From IMG/VR virus record IMGVR_UViG_3300008954_000001: 64,000 nucleotides of DNA; one strand, given 5' to 3'. Positions 17,517 to 26,883 of this stretch are shown here, piece after piece. The translations under genes and the position numbers were made by a program. Below the pieces are notes generated by a model, which searched no databases, was not told the origin of the DNA, and saw nothing but the letters and a program-made list of their open reading frames with translations. Position 1 is the stretch's first letter. Every line of letters begins with the position of its first letter. This DNA is from a virus. Taxonomy: Duplodnaviria > Caudoviricetes.

Positions 17517-17572
17517 TTTGGCCGCCCAAAAAGGGGGGAGATGTTCATTTGGCCGCCCAAGGGGGGGAGATG
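17517..17572 (+). repeat. Imperfect tandem repeat TTTGGCCGCCCAA(A)nG6-7AGATG x2
   Basis: Copies at 17517-17543 and 17548-17572. Confidence 0.6.
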
Positions 17573-17602
17573 ACATGAAGCCACCGTTCATACACAGGGG
17601 AG

Positions 17603-17617
17603 CATAAAGGCCCTATC
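17603..17617 (-). promoter_or_regulatory. Class B element GAT-AGGGC-CTTTATG
   Basis: Consensus match; heads the minus-strand 17488-11551 gene run. Confidence 0.5.
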
Positions 17618-17668
17618 GAAACGAGGGTGGGGGCAGTACCCCCCAATCAACCCCCCTAAAGACTATCG

Positions 17669-17695
17669 GGGGGCTGATTTGTTATCGAAACGGTA
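17669..17695 (+). promoter_or_regulatory. Class A element, copy 5
   Basis: GGGGG-CTGAT-N12-CGGTA followed by AACT; divergent from the class B element at 17603. Confidence 0.6.
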
Positions 17696-17759
17696 AACTG
17701 GATAGTCCTCGAATTTGAGGATGGATAGCTCTTTGAAAAGGAGAAAAGGAGAAGATGGA

Positions 17760-18104
17760 ATGGAAAATAACCAGCAATTTTGGGAACTTTGGGGCAACTC
17801 AGAGGGCCAACGCTACTACAACTGCTCGAAATACAAGCGGATAGAAGGCTATACAGGAAACTCTTTGCATCGGTTTATTTTTGAGGATGAGGAAGGCATG
17901 AGGCTAAACGCTTGCTTTGAAGCGTATAAAACAAGCACTTCAGATGCTCCCATTATGGGGCTACGAATGCTTTCTCTAATCCGAGAAGATACGGGTGAGG
18001 CCGTAAAGGTTGCCCCCACTTTGCAACAGTCCTTGTTTGGATTGGCTTTGGCCGCTGTTGCAGAACAGGACAAAGAGATTTTGGAAAACCTACCTGCTTG
18101 GTGA
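17760..18104 (+). CDS. Hypothetical protein
   Basis: AGGAG RBS before in-frame ATG 17760. Confidence 0.65.
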   Translation: MENNQQFWELWGNSEGQRYYNCSKYKRIEGYTGNSLHRFIFEDEEGMRLNACFEAYKTSTSDAPIMGLRMLSLIREDTGEAVKVAPTLQQSLFGLALAAVAEQDKEILENLPAW

Positions 18105-18118
18105 CGGTATGATTCCCT

Positions 18119-18775
18119 ATGCGGGGACGACTTATCACAGTCTGTGGTTTGATTGGGTCTGGCAAATCCACTTTCACAAGGGATTTGGCGGATATACTCA
18201 AAGCTGTCCCATTAAGCGAACCTGCTGGTGATGAGCGCAACCCCTACCTTCCGCTGTTCTATGCGGATCGAAGGCGTTGGGCCTTCACCATGCAGACGCA
18301 CCTTCTCCAGCAACGGAGTGAAGTCCACTGTCGGGCGTTCGAGGAAATCGAACGAGGGCGAGATGTGGTGATGGACTCCTCAGTGTGGCAAGACATGGCC
18401 TACGCTGACATGCTGCACCGCATGGGGCATCTGAATAAGTATGAGTACGACACCTACCGAGCTTTGGCACGGATGGTAGGTCGAGAAGCTATGCCGCCCG
18501 ATGTTTGTGTTTTTCTCGAAGTGTCTGTCGAAGAGTGTTTCCAGCGAATCCAAACCCGAATGGGTGAGCAGGTTGAACGAACCTGTGAGGGCGGTATCGA
18601 CCTCAATTACCTTAGGCACCTAAAAGATGCCATTGGCCACAACATCAGCAAATTAGAGAACCGAGTTATGTTCCCTTGGGGTGACTATCTACCCTGCAAA
18701 GAGGAGCGAATGAGCCGTATCTCAAATCTTATGGTTCTCATTGAGGATGTCTGTCCTACCGTTTGCTTGCATTGA
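18119..18775 (+). CDS. Deoxynucleoside kinase (dNK family)
   Basis: P-loop GLIGSGKST, LSEP, WAFTMQTHLL, PDVCVFLEVS...QRIQTR. Confidence 0.85.
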   Translation: MRGRLITVCGLIGSGKSTFTRDLADILKAVPLSEPAGDERNPYLPLFYADRRRWAFTMQTHLLQQRSEVHCRAFEEIERGRDVVMDSSVWQDMAYADMLHRMGHLNKYEYDTYRALARMVGREAMPPDVCVFLEVSVEECFQRIQTRMGEQVERTCEGGIDLNYLRHLKDAIGHNISKLENRVMFPWGDYLPCKEERMSRISNLMVLIEDVCPTVCLH

Positions 18776-18984
18776 GGGGCAGTTTTTAACGGGGGTTTTA
18801 TTCGGGTTTGATTTTGATCGAACCACAAAAACTCAGAATAACTTTTAGACTTAAAGTTCCAAAGCTGGGATCAAATAACGGGCCGCACCCCCCGAAGTAG
18901 CGGTTAGAGCAAGGCTTTAGCTCGATCCCGCTTGGGATCAATTCCCCTCATTTTTGCACCTTCGCAGATTTTGCCCCTAAACCC

Positions 18985-19018
18985 TTTATGGGGGGTTGCG
19001 GCAGAAACCCCCCATAAA
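18985..19018. repeat. Perfect 13-bp inverted repeat
   Basis: TTTATGGGGGGTT-8 nt-AACCCCCCATAAA between convergent genes. Confidence 0.7.
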
Positions 19019-19066
19019 CAAAACAAAAGACCCCCGGCCCACTTATAGTAGGAAGGAGGTCTTTTT
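19017..19066 (-). terminator. Probable Rho-independent terminator for ORF 19086-20048
   Basis: On minus strand GACCTCC...GGGGGTC stem followed by TTTTGTTTTGTTT. Confidence 0.5.
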
Positions 19067-19085
19067 AGTTGTTGTGTTTAGGAAC

Positions 19086-20048
19086 TTACTTGTCGTCTTT
19101 TTCTTCGGGCGGGTCGTTGGAGAGAAGCACTTTGACTTCATCCTTCAACGCACTGTCCCAACCACCAGGACGACTGTTCATCTGACCCACATACAAGAGC
19201 TTCCCCTTGGTGGGGTTGATTGAAGTTGGTCGAGAACGCTGGTCACTTGAAAGCTGAAAGTAGAGTTCGCCTTTTTGACTGTAAGCGAAACGAGTCAAGC
19301 GACCTGTGTAATAGATGGCCTCTCGGTCCTCGCCCTTGGAGATACCTCGTTTGATGTACTGAGCAAAAGATTGCTGATCAGACATGCTCGGTGGATTAGA
19401 CCCACCTCGGAGATAGACACACTCAAGCACAAGACCGCTACGCTCCGAGCCAGAGGCCCCGATGCGAGCCATAGGAGTATGGCGATACATACCAGTAGAC
19501 TTACCTGTCTTCGTACCCTCAATCCGAACGGGAGAGCCAATCTTTGACCCGCTGGACTTATGGATTTGAACAAGGCAGCCGTCGCTTTCGACCTTGGTGA
19601 CTACGCCGTACTCTTCATGGTCGGCATAGTTGAACCTGTCGCAGATGTCTTGGTTAGCTTCTTCAGCACACTTGTACTTGTCGAACTTGACCATTTCACC
19701 AGCCCTGATCGGGCCTCGCTTACCCCCACCACTACCCTTGGGCTTAGGCTGGAGTGGAGCTTTACCGGAAAGCCGCTCAATAATCTGTTCGGTCTTACGC
19801 TCATCATACTTCTTGTTACGATCAACGACCCAAGCAACAAAGCGAGCCGTCTTTTCGTTGAAAGCGACCTTATCACCCTGCTCCCCACCAAACATGGCGG
19901 TCAGGATCTTCTCGGCTTGAATATCGTCGATATCCACATCAGCCAGATTGTTACTGGTAACAAGCGGGATAATGGTGTCCCGAATATCAGGGTTCTCATA
20001 GGCAAGACGAACAAGGTCTGCCCGCAATTCTTTTTCCGATTGGCTCAT
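19086..20048 (-). CDS. Hypothetical basic protein with N-terminal LRADLVRLAYENP motif; possible virion internal protein
   Basis: Long ORF; class B element upstream. Confidence 0.7.
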   Translation of the reverse strand: MSQSEKELRADLVRLAYENPDIRDTIIPLVTSNNLADVDIDDIQAEKILTAMFGGEQGDKVAFNEKTARFVAWVVDRNKKYDERKTEQIIERLSGKAPLQPKPKGSGGGKRGPIRAGEMVKFDKYKCAEEANQDICDRFNYADHEEYGVVTKVESDGCLVQIHKSSGSKIGSPVRIEGTKTGKSTGMYRHTPMARIGASGSERSGLVLECVYLRGGSNPPSMSDQQSFAQYIKRGISKGEDREAIYYTGRLTRFAYSQKGELYFQLSSDQRSRPTSINPTKGKLLYVGQMNSRPGGWDSALKDEVKVLLSNDPPEEKDDK

Positions 20049-20101
20049 TGGTTCACTCCTTGTGCGCTCGGCTCTGAACGTGTCGTTCGTATGGTGGAAG
20101 A

Positions 20102-20116
20102 TATAAAGCCCCTATC
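20102..20116 (-). promoter_or_regulatory. Class B element GAT-AGGGG-CTTTATA
   Basis: Consensus match upstream of ORF start 20048. Confidence 0.5.
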
Positions 20117-20348
20117 GAACGGGGTGGATGTCCCATGGGTAGAACCAACATAGTTCGTCTTCCAAATCCACCACGATCCGATTGTCTGAGCGATATACAT
20201 TTCCAACAGTGTCCTTTACGGTTCCTACTTTACCCGCATACTCCCCATTGATGACCCTAATGGTGTCCCCAATGAAGATTGTGTGAGATCGAGTGCCATG
20301 GAAACGAGCAAGACCAAACTTGGTATGTATAACCTCATCATCGGCCAT
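20112..20348 (-). CDS. KOW-motif small protein
   Basis: GDTIRVINGEYAGKVGTV. Confidence 0.65.
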   Translation of the reverse strand: MADDEVIHTKFGLARFHGTRSHTIFIGDTIRVINGEYAGKVGTVKDTVGNVYRSDNRIVVDLEDELCWFYPWDIHPVR

Positions 20349-20372
20349 TTACTCGCCCCTAAAACACTCCTT

Positions 20373-21077
20373 TTAGCTGCTGACTCCCTTAGAGCCGCCG
20401 CCGACAGTATTTCCGCTTGCAAGAGGAGGATGACCACTGTTGTTAGACCCCCGCCGAGTACCATCGCTGACATCCGAACCAAGAGCCGAAGCCGCATTGT
20501 TAGTCTGAAGCGGGGCTGAACGAACCGCCTGCTTGCCTGCCAGCCGTGATGCTGGAGGGGCGGGGTGGTGTTCTGTACCGTCTCGGAAAGCGGGAGTTGT
20601 GGGAAGGGTGCCTGTACTGGAAATCAGTTGATTCAAGGCACCGCCCATATCGGCGGTAGTTGAGCCGTAGTACCACAGCTTACGAGCCGTAAGCTCATCC
20701 ACAACCAAAGTCGTGTAGATGGACGACACATACCCTCCAACCTCACCTTCACCAGCGGTGATGGCAGCGGTGAACTGTGTGACAGCGGAGTCGCCCGCTT
20801 CAATGTCTTCCAGAAGCACATCGTCGATGTAGAAGTAGAGGCCCGTGGCAGTCATTGTGCCCATTGTGCCTTCACCGTCAGTATCGGTGTGCTCACCATC
20901 CACAGCGTCATCACTGATAAGCAGTGCTTCAGTTACGGAATCGCCAGAATGGTCAAAAGTGTAAGTGTATCCAGCCTTCAGATTGAAATCTGGGGCGGCA
21001 ACCGCATCCAGATCACCGTCCTGTAGGGTGAATTCGGGGGTGCCGTCGATTTCTACGACATAAGTTTTCGTACCCAT
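20373..21077 (-). CDS. Acidic beta-sandwich protein, probably virion-associated
   Basis: GYTYTFDHS and LWYYGSTTADMGG resemble a cupredoxin-like module of phage tail/baseplate proteins; AAGGAG RBS; class B element upstream. Confidence 0.55.
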   Translation of the reverse strand: MGTKTYVVEIDGTPEFTLQDGDLDAVAAPDFNLKAGYTYTFDHSGDSVTEALLISDDAVDGEHTDTDGEGTMGTMTATGLYFYIDDVLLEDIEAGDSAVTQFTAAITAGEGEVGGYVSSIYTTLVVDELTARKLWYYGSTTADMGGALNQLISSTGTLPTTPAFRDGTEHHPAPPASRLAGKQAVRSAPLQTNNAASALGSDVSDGTRRGSNNSGHPPLASGNTVGGGSKGVSS

Positions 21078-21136
21078 GGGAAAAGTCTCCTTGTTGGTTC
21101 AGTTACAGCCAAGGGTGGCTGCTAATAGTGAGAGGC

Positions 21137-21151
21137 AATAAAGAATCCACC
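21137..21151 (-). promoter_or_regulatory. Class B element GGT-GGATT-CTTTATT
   Basis: Consensus match in intergenic DNA upstream of 21077. Confidence 0.5.
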
Positions 21152-21347
21152 GAGATATGTCAGGTCAGGGCGAAACATTGGCGATGGCTACGGTCGAATT
21201 GGAACTCCGTTGCCCCTAAGAACGGGGTTTTTGTATGGATACGGAAAGTTTCGCCGTGGTCGATAAAACAGTAAACTTCAACCCCTAATGGGAGAGGGCC
21301 AATCGCAATAATGGTTCGCAAGACCTTCCCAGTCAGGTTTGTAAGCG

Positions 21348-22289
21348 TTAATGCCATCTTCGCCCTCGATATCGAGAGGCGACTTTGCGGGCGGTGTGTT
21401 TGAGGACTACGTTGGAAGCCCACATTCCGTAATCATCACGGGGGCCGTACTTGGCCTCATAGGGAATGTCATAGTCGGGGTCTTCATCTGGCGGCTCATA
21501 TCCTGGCTGATTCATTTCCCAAACATTCTCAAGATTCCGCCCTAAAAGAGCGAATGACCCATCCGAGTGTTCTTGGTGTATTTCCTCCAACTCGTCCATC
21601 TGCTTGTCCGTGTAGTCACGTCGTCGCACTTCGAGCCGATCCGCCATAGCGTTGTAGTCGGGCTTGGAGGGTTGTTTTTGAGGCCGCTCAGAGATGTTGT
21701 ACTTGCGGAACATCTTCTCTGCGAAAGCGATTTGCTTATCTGATGGCTGGCGAGTCTTAGCCCGTTTACCCACATCTTCGGCAAACCTCTGCACATAACT
21801 ATCGTTTGCGGCCTTCGCTGCGAGCCATAATTGACGGAGCCTTTCAAGAAACGTCTCATCTGAGGAATAACTTGAACCCGAACCGCCCGATTCCTGTTGT
21901 TTCGGCTCGGCTTCCTCACCACGCCCGATTCGGTCATAGAAATCAGGGTACTTTTGGTACACGCCTTCCCAATGCCGAACGCCAGCGAGCCAAGTCTTTT
22001 TCCAACCCTTTGTTCGCATAAAGGATTTGCGATCCTTTGCCTTCGCATTGAGAACCCGTCCCGTGATGCGACTGACAAGCGTGAGCTTCATGGAGGCTTT
22101 ACCAAGCCCTCGAACTTGGGAAGTCGCTCCAATAGAGGAGGAGAGCTTGATGGCCACGGAGTCACTGAGATGAATCAGATAGATCCCCGCAAACTTTTGA
22201 TCCCGTGACCAGTTCCTACCGAAGTTGCGGCGAAGCCACTCTTCTAACTCTTCACGAGAAATCTGAACATATCGATCACCAGCAGCCAT
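21348..22289 (-). CDS. Hypothetical protein with C-terminal KVASRY tag
   Basis: Long ORF coupled to the UvrD gene. Confidence 0.7.
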   Translation of the reverse strand: MAAGDRYVQISREELEEWLRRNFGRNWSRDQKFAGIYLIHLSDSVAIKLSSSIGATSQVRGLGKASMKLTLVSRITGRVLNAKAKDRKSFMRTKGWKKTWLAGVRHWEGVYQKYPDFYDRIGRGEEAEPKQQESGGSGSSYSSDETFLERLRQLWLAAKAANDSYVQRFAEDVGKRAKTRQPSDKQIAFAEKMFRKYNISERPQKQPSKPDYNAMADRLEVRRRDYTDKQMDELEEIHQEHSDGSFALLGRNLENVWEMNQPGYEPPDEDPDYDIPYEAKYGPRDDYGMWASNVVLKHTARKVASRYRGRRWH

Positions 22290-25200
22290 TATCTCACTCC
22301 AAGCTGTGGAATGAACTCACCGTAAGATTGGCTCAACTCGTATTCCCGCCACTCTTTTTCAGTAAGATTCTCGTTCTCATTCGAGGTGCGGATCAACTTC
22401 CACAACTCTCGCTCTCGTGTAGAGGCGGTACGGGCTTGGTCTGCATCCTCTTGCCAATCCTCTCGGCTTTCGTTGGGGATACAGCCCTCACTTACGAACT
22501 GTGATGGGCCAGCGGGCTTTCCAATATGGTTGACGGCTGGACAAAGTACCGTAACCGAGTCTCGACCACGGGTTAGAGCGACATAGGCCAAGCGACGTTC
22601 GCTTGCCATAGCGTCTTCATCCCCCATGGAGCGATTATGGGGGAACACCCCCGCAGCCATGGGAACCCACATATGTCGGGCTTCCAGCCCTTTCCATCCG
22701 TGGCAAGTATCAATCGTTACGGCGGGCTTATCAGCCTCATCGTCGTCGGGATCGTCTTTGAAGGTCTTGCCCTTACTGGCATCTTGAAGCTCTTGGATAT
22801 AGCCCAAAGCTGGTCCCATATCCTCGTATTCTTCGAGGAGGCCCATAAGCGGGGCAATCGGGGCCAAGGCAAGATTCTTAATGTCTTGTTCTGATACACC
22901 TGCTTCACCAGATTCTTCGTGAAGCATGTCCATCGCTTCGCCCGAACCCTTGGTTTTAGAAATCAAGGACTCCACAATGCTTTCGGCGGGCTTCCCTCGG
23001 AAACCTACGCCCTTGATGGACAAGATTTGCTCCAAAACCTCTTTTGGAGATCCCTCAAAGGATTGCACCTGAACCAAAGTGTCTACATAGGTTTTGACGT
23101 TCTTGTTGCGCCACTCGGAACGACCTTCGTAGATTTGGTTCCAACCGCCGTTTTTCAACCATTCAAGGTAGTTCATCCCACGAGCCTTCTTTTGAACCTC
23201 GCTATTGAACTTCTTATCCAAGTAGAACTTGGGGGTTTGGTAGGCTTTGAGCACAACGTCGTTGATTACTTTCTTGTCTGAAAGGTCGGCCCCAGCGAGC
23301 GTTAGCCACCCTGTTAGGGCTTTCGTGGTGGGGTCGGCAAAGAAGTTCATCTTGGAACGGAAAGGAATCCGTCGCTTGATCAACTCAAGCCCAAACGCTA
23401 ACGCCTCGGCGTTCGTTCGTACCGCCACCCCGAAACTTGGAGTATTTGGTTCGGACCAACCCTCGTTATCGATATGGGCTTGGATATCATCAGCACATCG
23501 GGAAGCGGCCTCTCCGTGATCCCCCACATTCACATATTCGATTACGCCCTCACCCCGTTTGGGGTCGGTGGAGCAAACCATCGGAATCTGTTTTTCGTTG
23601 TGGGAGATGAGCTTATTCGCCGCATCTACAATCGCTTTTCCTGAACGGAAGTTGGATGAGATCAGCTTGGTATCAAACGAGCCGCCCCGCATATCTGATT
23701 TCTCGGAATACTCATCTGGGGTTGCACCACGGAACTCATAGATCGCCTGCTTGTCGTCCCCAATAAAGGTAAACGTGTTGGCCGTCATAGAGCCGTCAGC
23801 TTTGTACTCTTGGGTAGCGGGATCAATCGCCCCCGCAATCAAACCAAATAGAAGATGTTGCAGCTTGTTGAGATCCTGAGCCTCATCCACCAAGACCCAC
23901 TTGTACTGAGCTTGAACCGTTGCCAAAGCCTTCGGATTTTCGATGAGTGCCTTGATGCACTCCAACTGCATGTCTGTGAAGTCTACTTTCCCTACGGCAT
24001 CGGGTTCATTGTCCTTGAGCCACATATATGCGCCGTAACAAGCAGCCATAACACTCTTGTCTTTTGCCCACGCCTCGGAAGGGGTCATTAAGTCTGAGCG
24101 ATAGTTACCAACCGCTAAGGCAACACGGCGAGCACCAATGGCTCGACCTTCCTCGTCTAAAAACTTACCGCCAATATTGAACCATTCGTTTGCTGGCTCT
24201 TTCCAATAATTGCCACCTTTGCGCTTGTTGTAGGCGGCAACCTTATAGTTAGGGTCTAATCGCCCACGGGTCAGGCTTCGCTTGTAGCGATCCTTGGAGA
24301 CCATCTTATTGATTAGGGCTTTTTCGGCGGGGCTAAGGCCCTCAACCGTAAGGGAGTCCAACCGACTTACTAATGGCGACAGGGCTTTCTCTTCGGAGTG
24401 CGCCCAACCATAGCCTTTATTGGCACCCCAAGCGGCTAACCCATAGAGTTGATCTACAACCTTACGGAGCACGGCATCTTCTTCGGAAGATGCGCCAGCG
24501 TCAGCCCCTTCGTCAGCATCCGAGATACTTACATTTCGATTCTGTGTTCCCAGCAGCCCTTCAAACATTCCTACGGGATCGGGTGGGGCCGGAGCGTTGT
24601 AGCTCGACATCTCCACCTGCTTCATAGCCATTTTGATGAGGTAGCTGCCTTCTAAGACCTGTGCTCGCTTGAACTTGGGTTTGATCTTCTTCAGGAGAGA
24701 GAACCCGATGCTGTGTGTGGTTCCGAAACCATCGTCACCACCATCTAAAATGGCGGCCCCACCGTACTTCAAAACCCTCTCTTTGAGTTCAGCAGCACTC
24801 TTTTTCGAGAACGAGGTAGCGATAACCTGTGAGGACTTACCGCCCTCTCGGTTGATAATGTCGATGACCTTGCCAGCAAGAACACGGGTCTTTCCCGATC
24901 CCGCTCCCGCAGCGATAAGGGACTTGCCCGTAACCATCATCGCATCTTCTTGTTCCTCGGTCATCATAAGCTGCTTGCCAATGTCCGTGGCGTGGCTCTG
25001 GTTCTCATAAATAATGGAACTGGCGGCACCTAAAGCGGCTTGCTCGTCATCAGACGATTGAGCCACTTTGACCAAAGTATCCATTTTGGTCGAGCGTTCG
25101 GCCTGAAGATTTCTGGATTCGTCTGACCCGCCGGGGAGAACTTTCAGTTTGCGATCAAGATCCTTGATCTCATTGGCGATGTTTTGAACTTCGCCAATGT

Positions 25201-25768
25201 CAGCAACCCGTTCTTCAGACGTGCCTCCAACACCCATGATATCGGCGGCCTTCTTGATCCACGCACGAGTAACCCGAAGCCCACCAATCGGGGGTAGGCC
25301 AGCGAGTTCTAAAATGGCTTCAGTCGGAGCACTTCCTTGAAGGTTGCCGATCCTTCGAGCGAGGGTGTTGGGCTTACCTGAACCAAAAAGCTCAACACGC
25401 AAATCCTGTCGGATCGACGCAAACTTGAACGCCATTTTGATAAATCTCGCTTGGCGCACAGCTTTCGATTCGGGGCTTCCCCCTTGGCGAGCACGAGTCA
25501 GCGGGGCTTTTAGGCGGCTCCCCCCTGGCTTGGTTTCGCAAATCGCTAAATGATCCACGGCCAAAAGAATCTCTTTTTTGAACCGCCGAATCAGTCGAAT
25601 AGCCTCTTGCCTAACTGGTCCAACCCCTTTGGGAGCCTCATCTTCATGAGAGGCTAACCACTCCAAAAAAGCGGATACGGCGACCATGTAGGCACACAAG
25701 TTGACTACTCGGCCCACATCCAAGGCTTTTGACTCTTTCTCGGCTTTGTCTTTCTTTGGCATACCCAT
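22289..25768 (-). CDS. uvrD: UvrD/Rep/PcrA-like SF1 helicase with N-terminal extension and internal insertion
   Basis: AGAGSGKT Walker A, TSFSKKSAAELKER, LVDEAQDL, GDDKQAIYEFRGA, NFRS, TCHGWKGLE, ERRLAYVALTRGR. Confidence 0.9.
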   Translation of the reverse strand: MGMPKKDKAEKESKALDVGRVVNLCAYMVAVSAFLEWLASHEDEAPKGVGPVRQEAIRLIRRFKKEILLAVDHLAICETKPGGSRLKAPLTRARQGGSPESKAVRQARFIKMAFKFASIRQDLRVELFGSGKPNTLARRIGNLQGSAPTEAILELAGLPPIGGLRVTRAWIKKAADIMGVGGTSEERVADIGEVQNIANEIKDLDRKLKVLPGGSDESRNLQAERSTKMDTLVKVAQSSDDEQAALGAASSIIYENQSHATDIGKQLMMTEEQEDAMMVTGKSLIAAGAGSGKTRVLAGKVIDIINREGGKSSQVIATSFSKKSAAELKERVLKYGGAAILDGGDDGFGTTHSIGFSLLKKIKPKFKRAQVLEGSYLIKMAMKQVEMSSYNAPAPPDPVGMFEGLLGTQNRNVSISDADEGADAGASSEEDAVLRKVVDQLYGLAAWGANKGYGWAHSEEKALSPLVSRLDSLTVEGLSPAEKALINKMVSKDRYKRSLTRGRLDPNYKVAAYNKRKGGNYWKEPANEWFNIGGKFLDEEGRAIGARRVALAVGNYRSDLMTPSEAWAKDKSVMAACYGAYMWLKDNEPDAVGKVDFTDMQLECIKALIENPKALATVQAQYKWVLVDEAQDLNKLQHLLFGLIAGAIDPATQEYKADGSMTANTFTFIGDDKQAIYEFRGATPDEYSEKSDMRGGSFDTKLISSNFRSGKAIVDAANKLISHNEKQIPMVCSTDPKRGEGVIEYVNVGDHGEAASRCADDIQAHIDNEGWSEPNTPSFGVAVRTNAEALAFGLELIKRRIPFRSKMNFFADPTTKALTGWLTLAGADLSDKKVINDVVLKAYQTPKFYLDKKFNSEVQKKARGMNYLEWLKNGGWNQIYEGRSEWRNKNVKTYVDTLVQVQSFEGSPKEVLEQILSIKGVGFRGKPAESIVESLISKTKGSGEAMDMLHEESGEAGVSEQDIKNLALAPIAPLMGLLEEYEDMGPALGYIQELQDASKGKTFKDDPDDDEADKPAVTIDTCHGWKGLEARHMWVPMAAGVFPHNRSMGDEDAMASERRLAYVALTRGRDSVTVLCPAVNHIGKPAGPSQFVSEGCIPNESREDWQEDADQARTASTRERELWKLIRTSNENENLTEKEWREYELSQSYGEFIPQLGVR

Positions 25769-25831
25769 TACTCCCGCCTAAAGGGGTTTCGATAGATCAC
25801 GACTATAGGGGGGAAAATGAGCCGTGGGGGA

Positions 25832-26458
25832 CTACGTCATCTTGGACTCGTCTATGATTACGCCGTCCTCTTTCGCTTTATCCACCGCTTTTTGAACTTG
25901 CTTTGCGGTGTCCTCTCGATTGGCCGCTTCCGCCTTACGGAGTTCTGTAAGAGCCAGCCGATCTTCAGAACCCATGCGAGTATTCCCAAGAAGGGTTAGC
26001 TCATGGGTGTCTTTGTCTACAAAGCGACTGGTCAAACCGATAGCCGAAGGCATGATCGCCTTGACGATTTTTGGGTCCATCGCCATCACTGCGATATCCC
26101 AAACCATGTCTAAATAGACCCCCGCAGCTACTTGTATCGGCTTGCCCCCATACATAGTGGTCTGTTTTTCCTTGAACAAAAGGATGCCTGAGCGTGTCCA
26201 CAACTCAAGATCAAACCAATGAACGGGAGTGGGGGCAGCGGGCTTGACGAAATCCATTCGCCACATCAGGGAAATCCGCAGATCCCCATAGATCACTCGT
26301 GGGTTGTCTACTCGACCCCACCCCTTGATATTAACAACCAACTCTTGTGCGTGTACCAAACGAGAAAAGGCTTCCTGTTCAGTTTCGGACATAGGGGTGT
26401 AGTTGCTATGCCGATTACCCCCGCCCCACCTATTCGTGCCTTTGTCTTTTTTACCCAT
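25832..26458 (-). CDS. Hypothetical protein (likely start ATG 26458; ORF track 26524)
   Basis: GAGG RBS; short overlap with the upstream stop. Confidence 0.65.
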   Translation of the reverse strand: MGKKDKGTNRWGGGNRHSNYTPMSETEQEAFSRLVHAQELVVNIKGWGRVDNPRVIYGDLRISLMWRMDFVKPAAPTPVHWFDLELWTRSGILLFKEKQTTMYGGKPIQVAAGVYLDMVWDIAVMAMDPKIVKAIMPSAIGLTSRFVDKDTHELTLLGNTRMGSEDRLALTELRKAEAANREDTAKQVQKAVDKAKEDGVIIDESKMT

Positions 26459-26882
26459 CTCGAACCTCACTTGATACCGTGACATAGCAGGCACGGAGGG
26501 GTTTTTGGGCTTGTGATGCCACATAAAAAGAGACCAGCCTATCCTTTAGGGGGAGCCGACCGTCTAATACTTCTGAACGATGGAGGTAATAACGCTCTCC
26601 CTCGTTGTCTTCAGCAAAGCCAAAACCCTTTTGTTCCGAAAACCACGAAACAAACCCGTGGATCGGCAAAGGGGAAGTAATACGTTCGCATTGACTCACC
26701 TTTTCGTCGATACACGTGACCTCCACCTCCTCCCCTACAATGGGGGGGACTGGGCTTTCTCCGACATAAGAGCCGGGGTCAAACGCAGATAGGTGGAAGA
26801 AGAGGCGTTCTTTGGAGCCATCGAGAGGGGAGAGAAACCCATACAGTTCTTTTGGGATGTACTTCTCCACAACCATCCGCAT
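26451..26882 (-). CDS. Tandem cold-shock-domain (OB-fold) protein
   Basis: Two RNP1/RNP2 sets: YGFL...LFFHLSAF and KGFGFA...YYLHRSEV. Confidence 0.75.
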   Translation of the reverse strand: MRMVVEKYIPKELYGFLSPLDGSKERLFFHLSAFDPGSYVGESPVPPIVGEEVEVTCIDEKVSQCERITSPLPIHGFVSWFSEQKGFGFAEDNEGERYYLHRSEVLDGRLPLKDRLVSFYVASQAQKPLRACYVTVSSEVRDG

Positions 26883-26883
26883 A

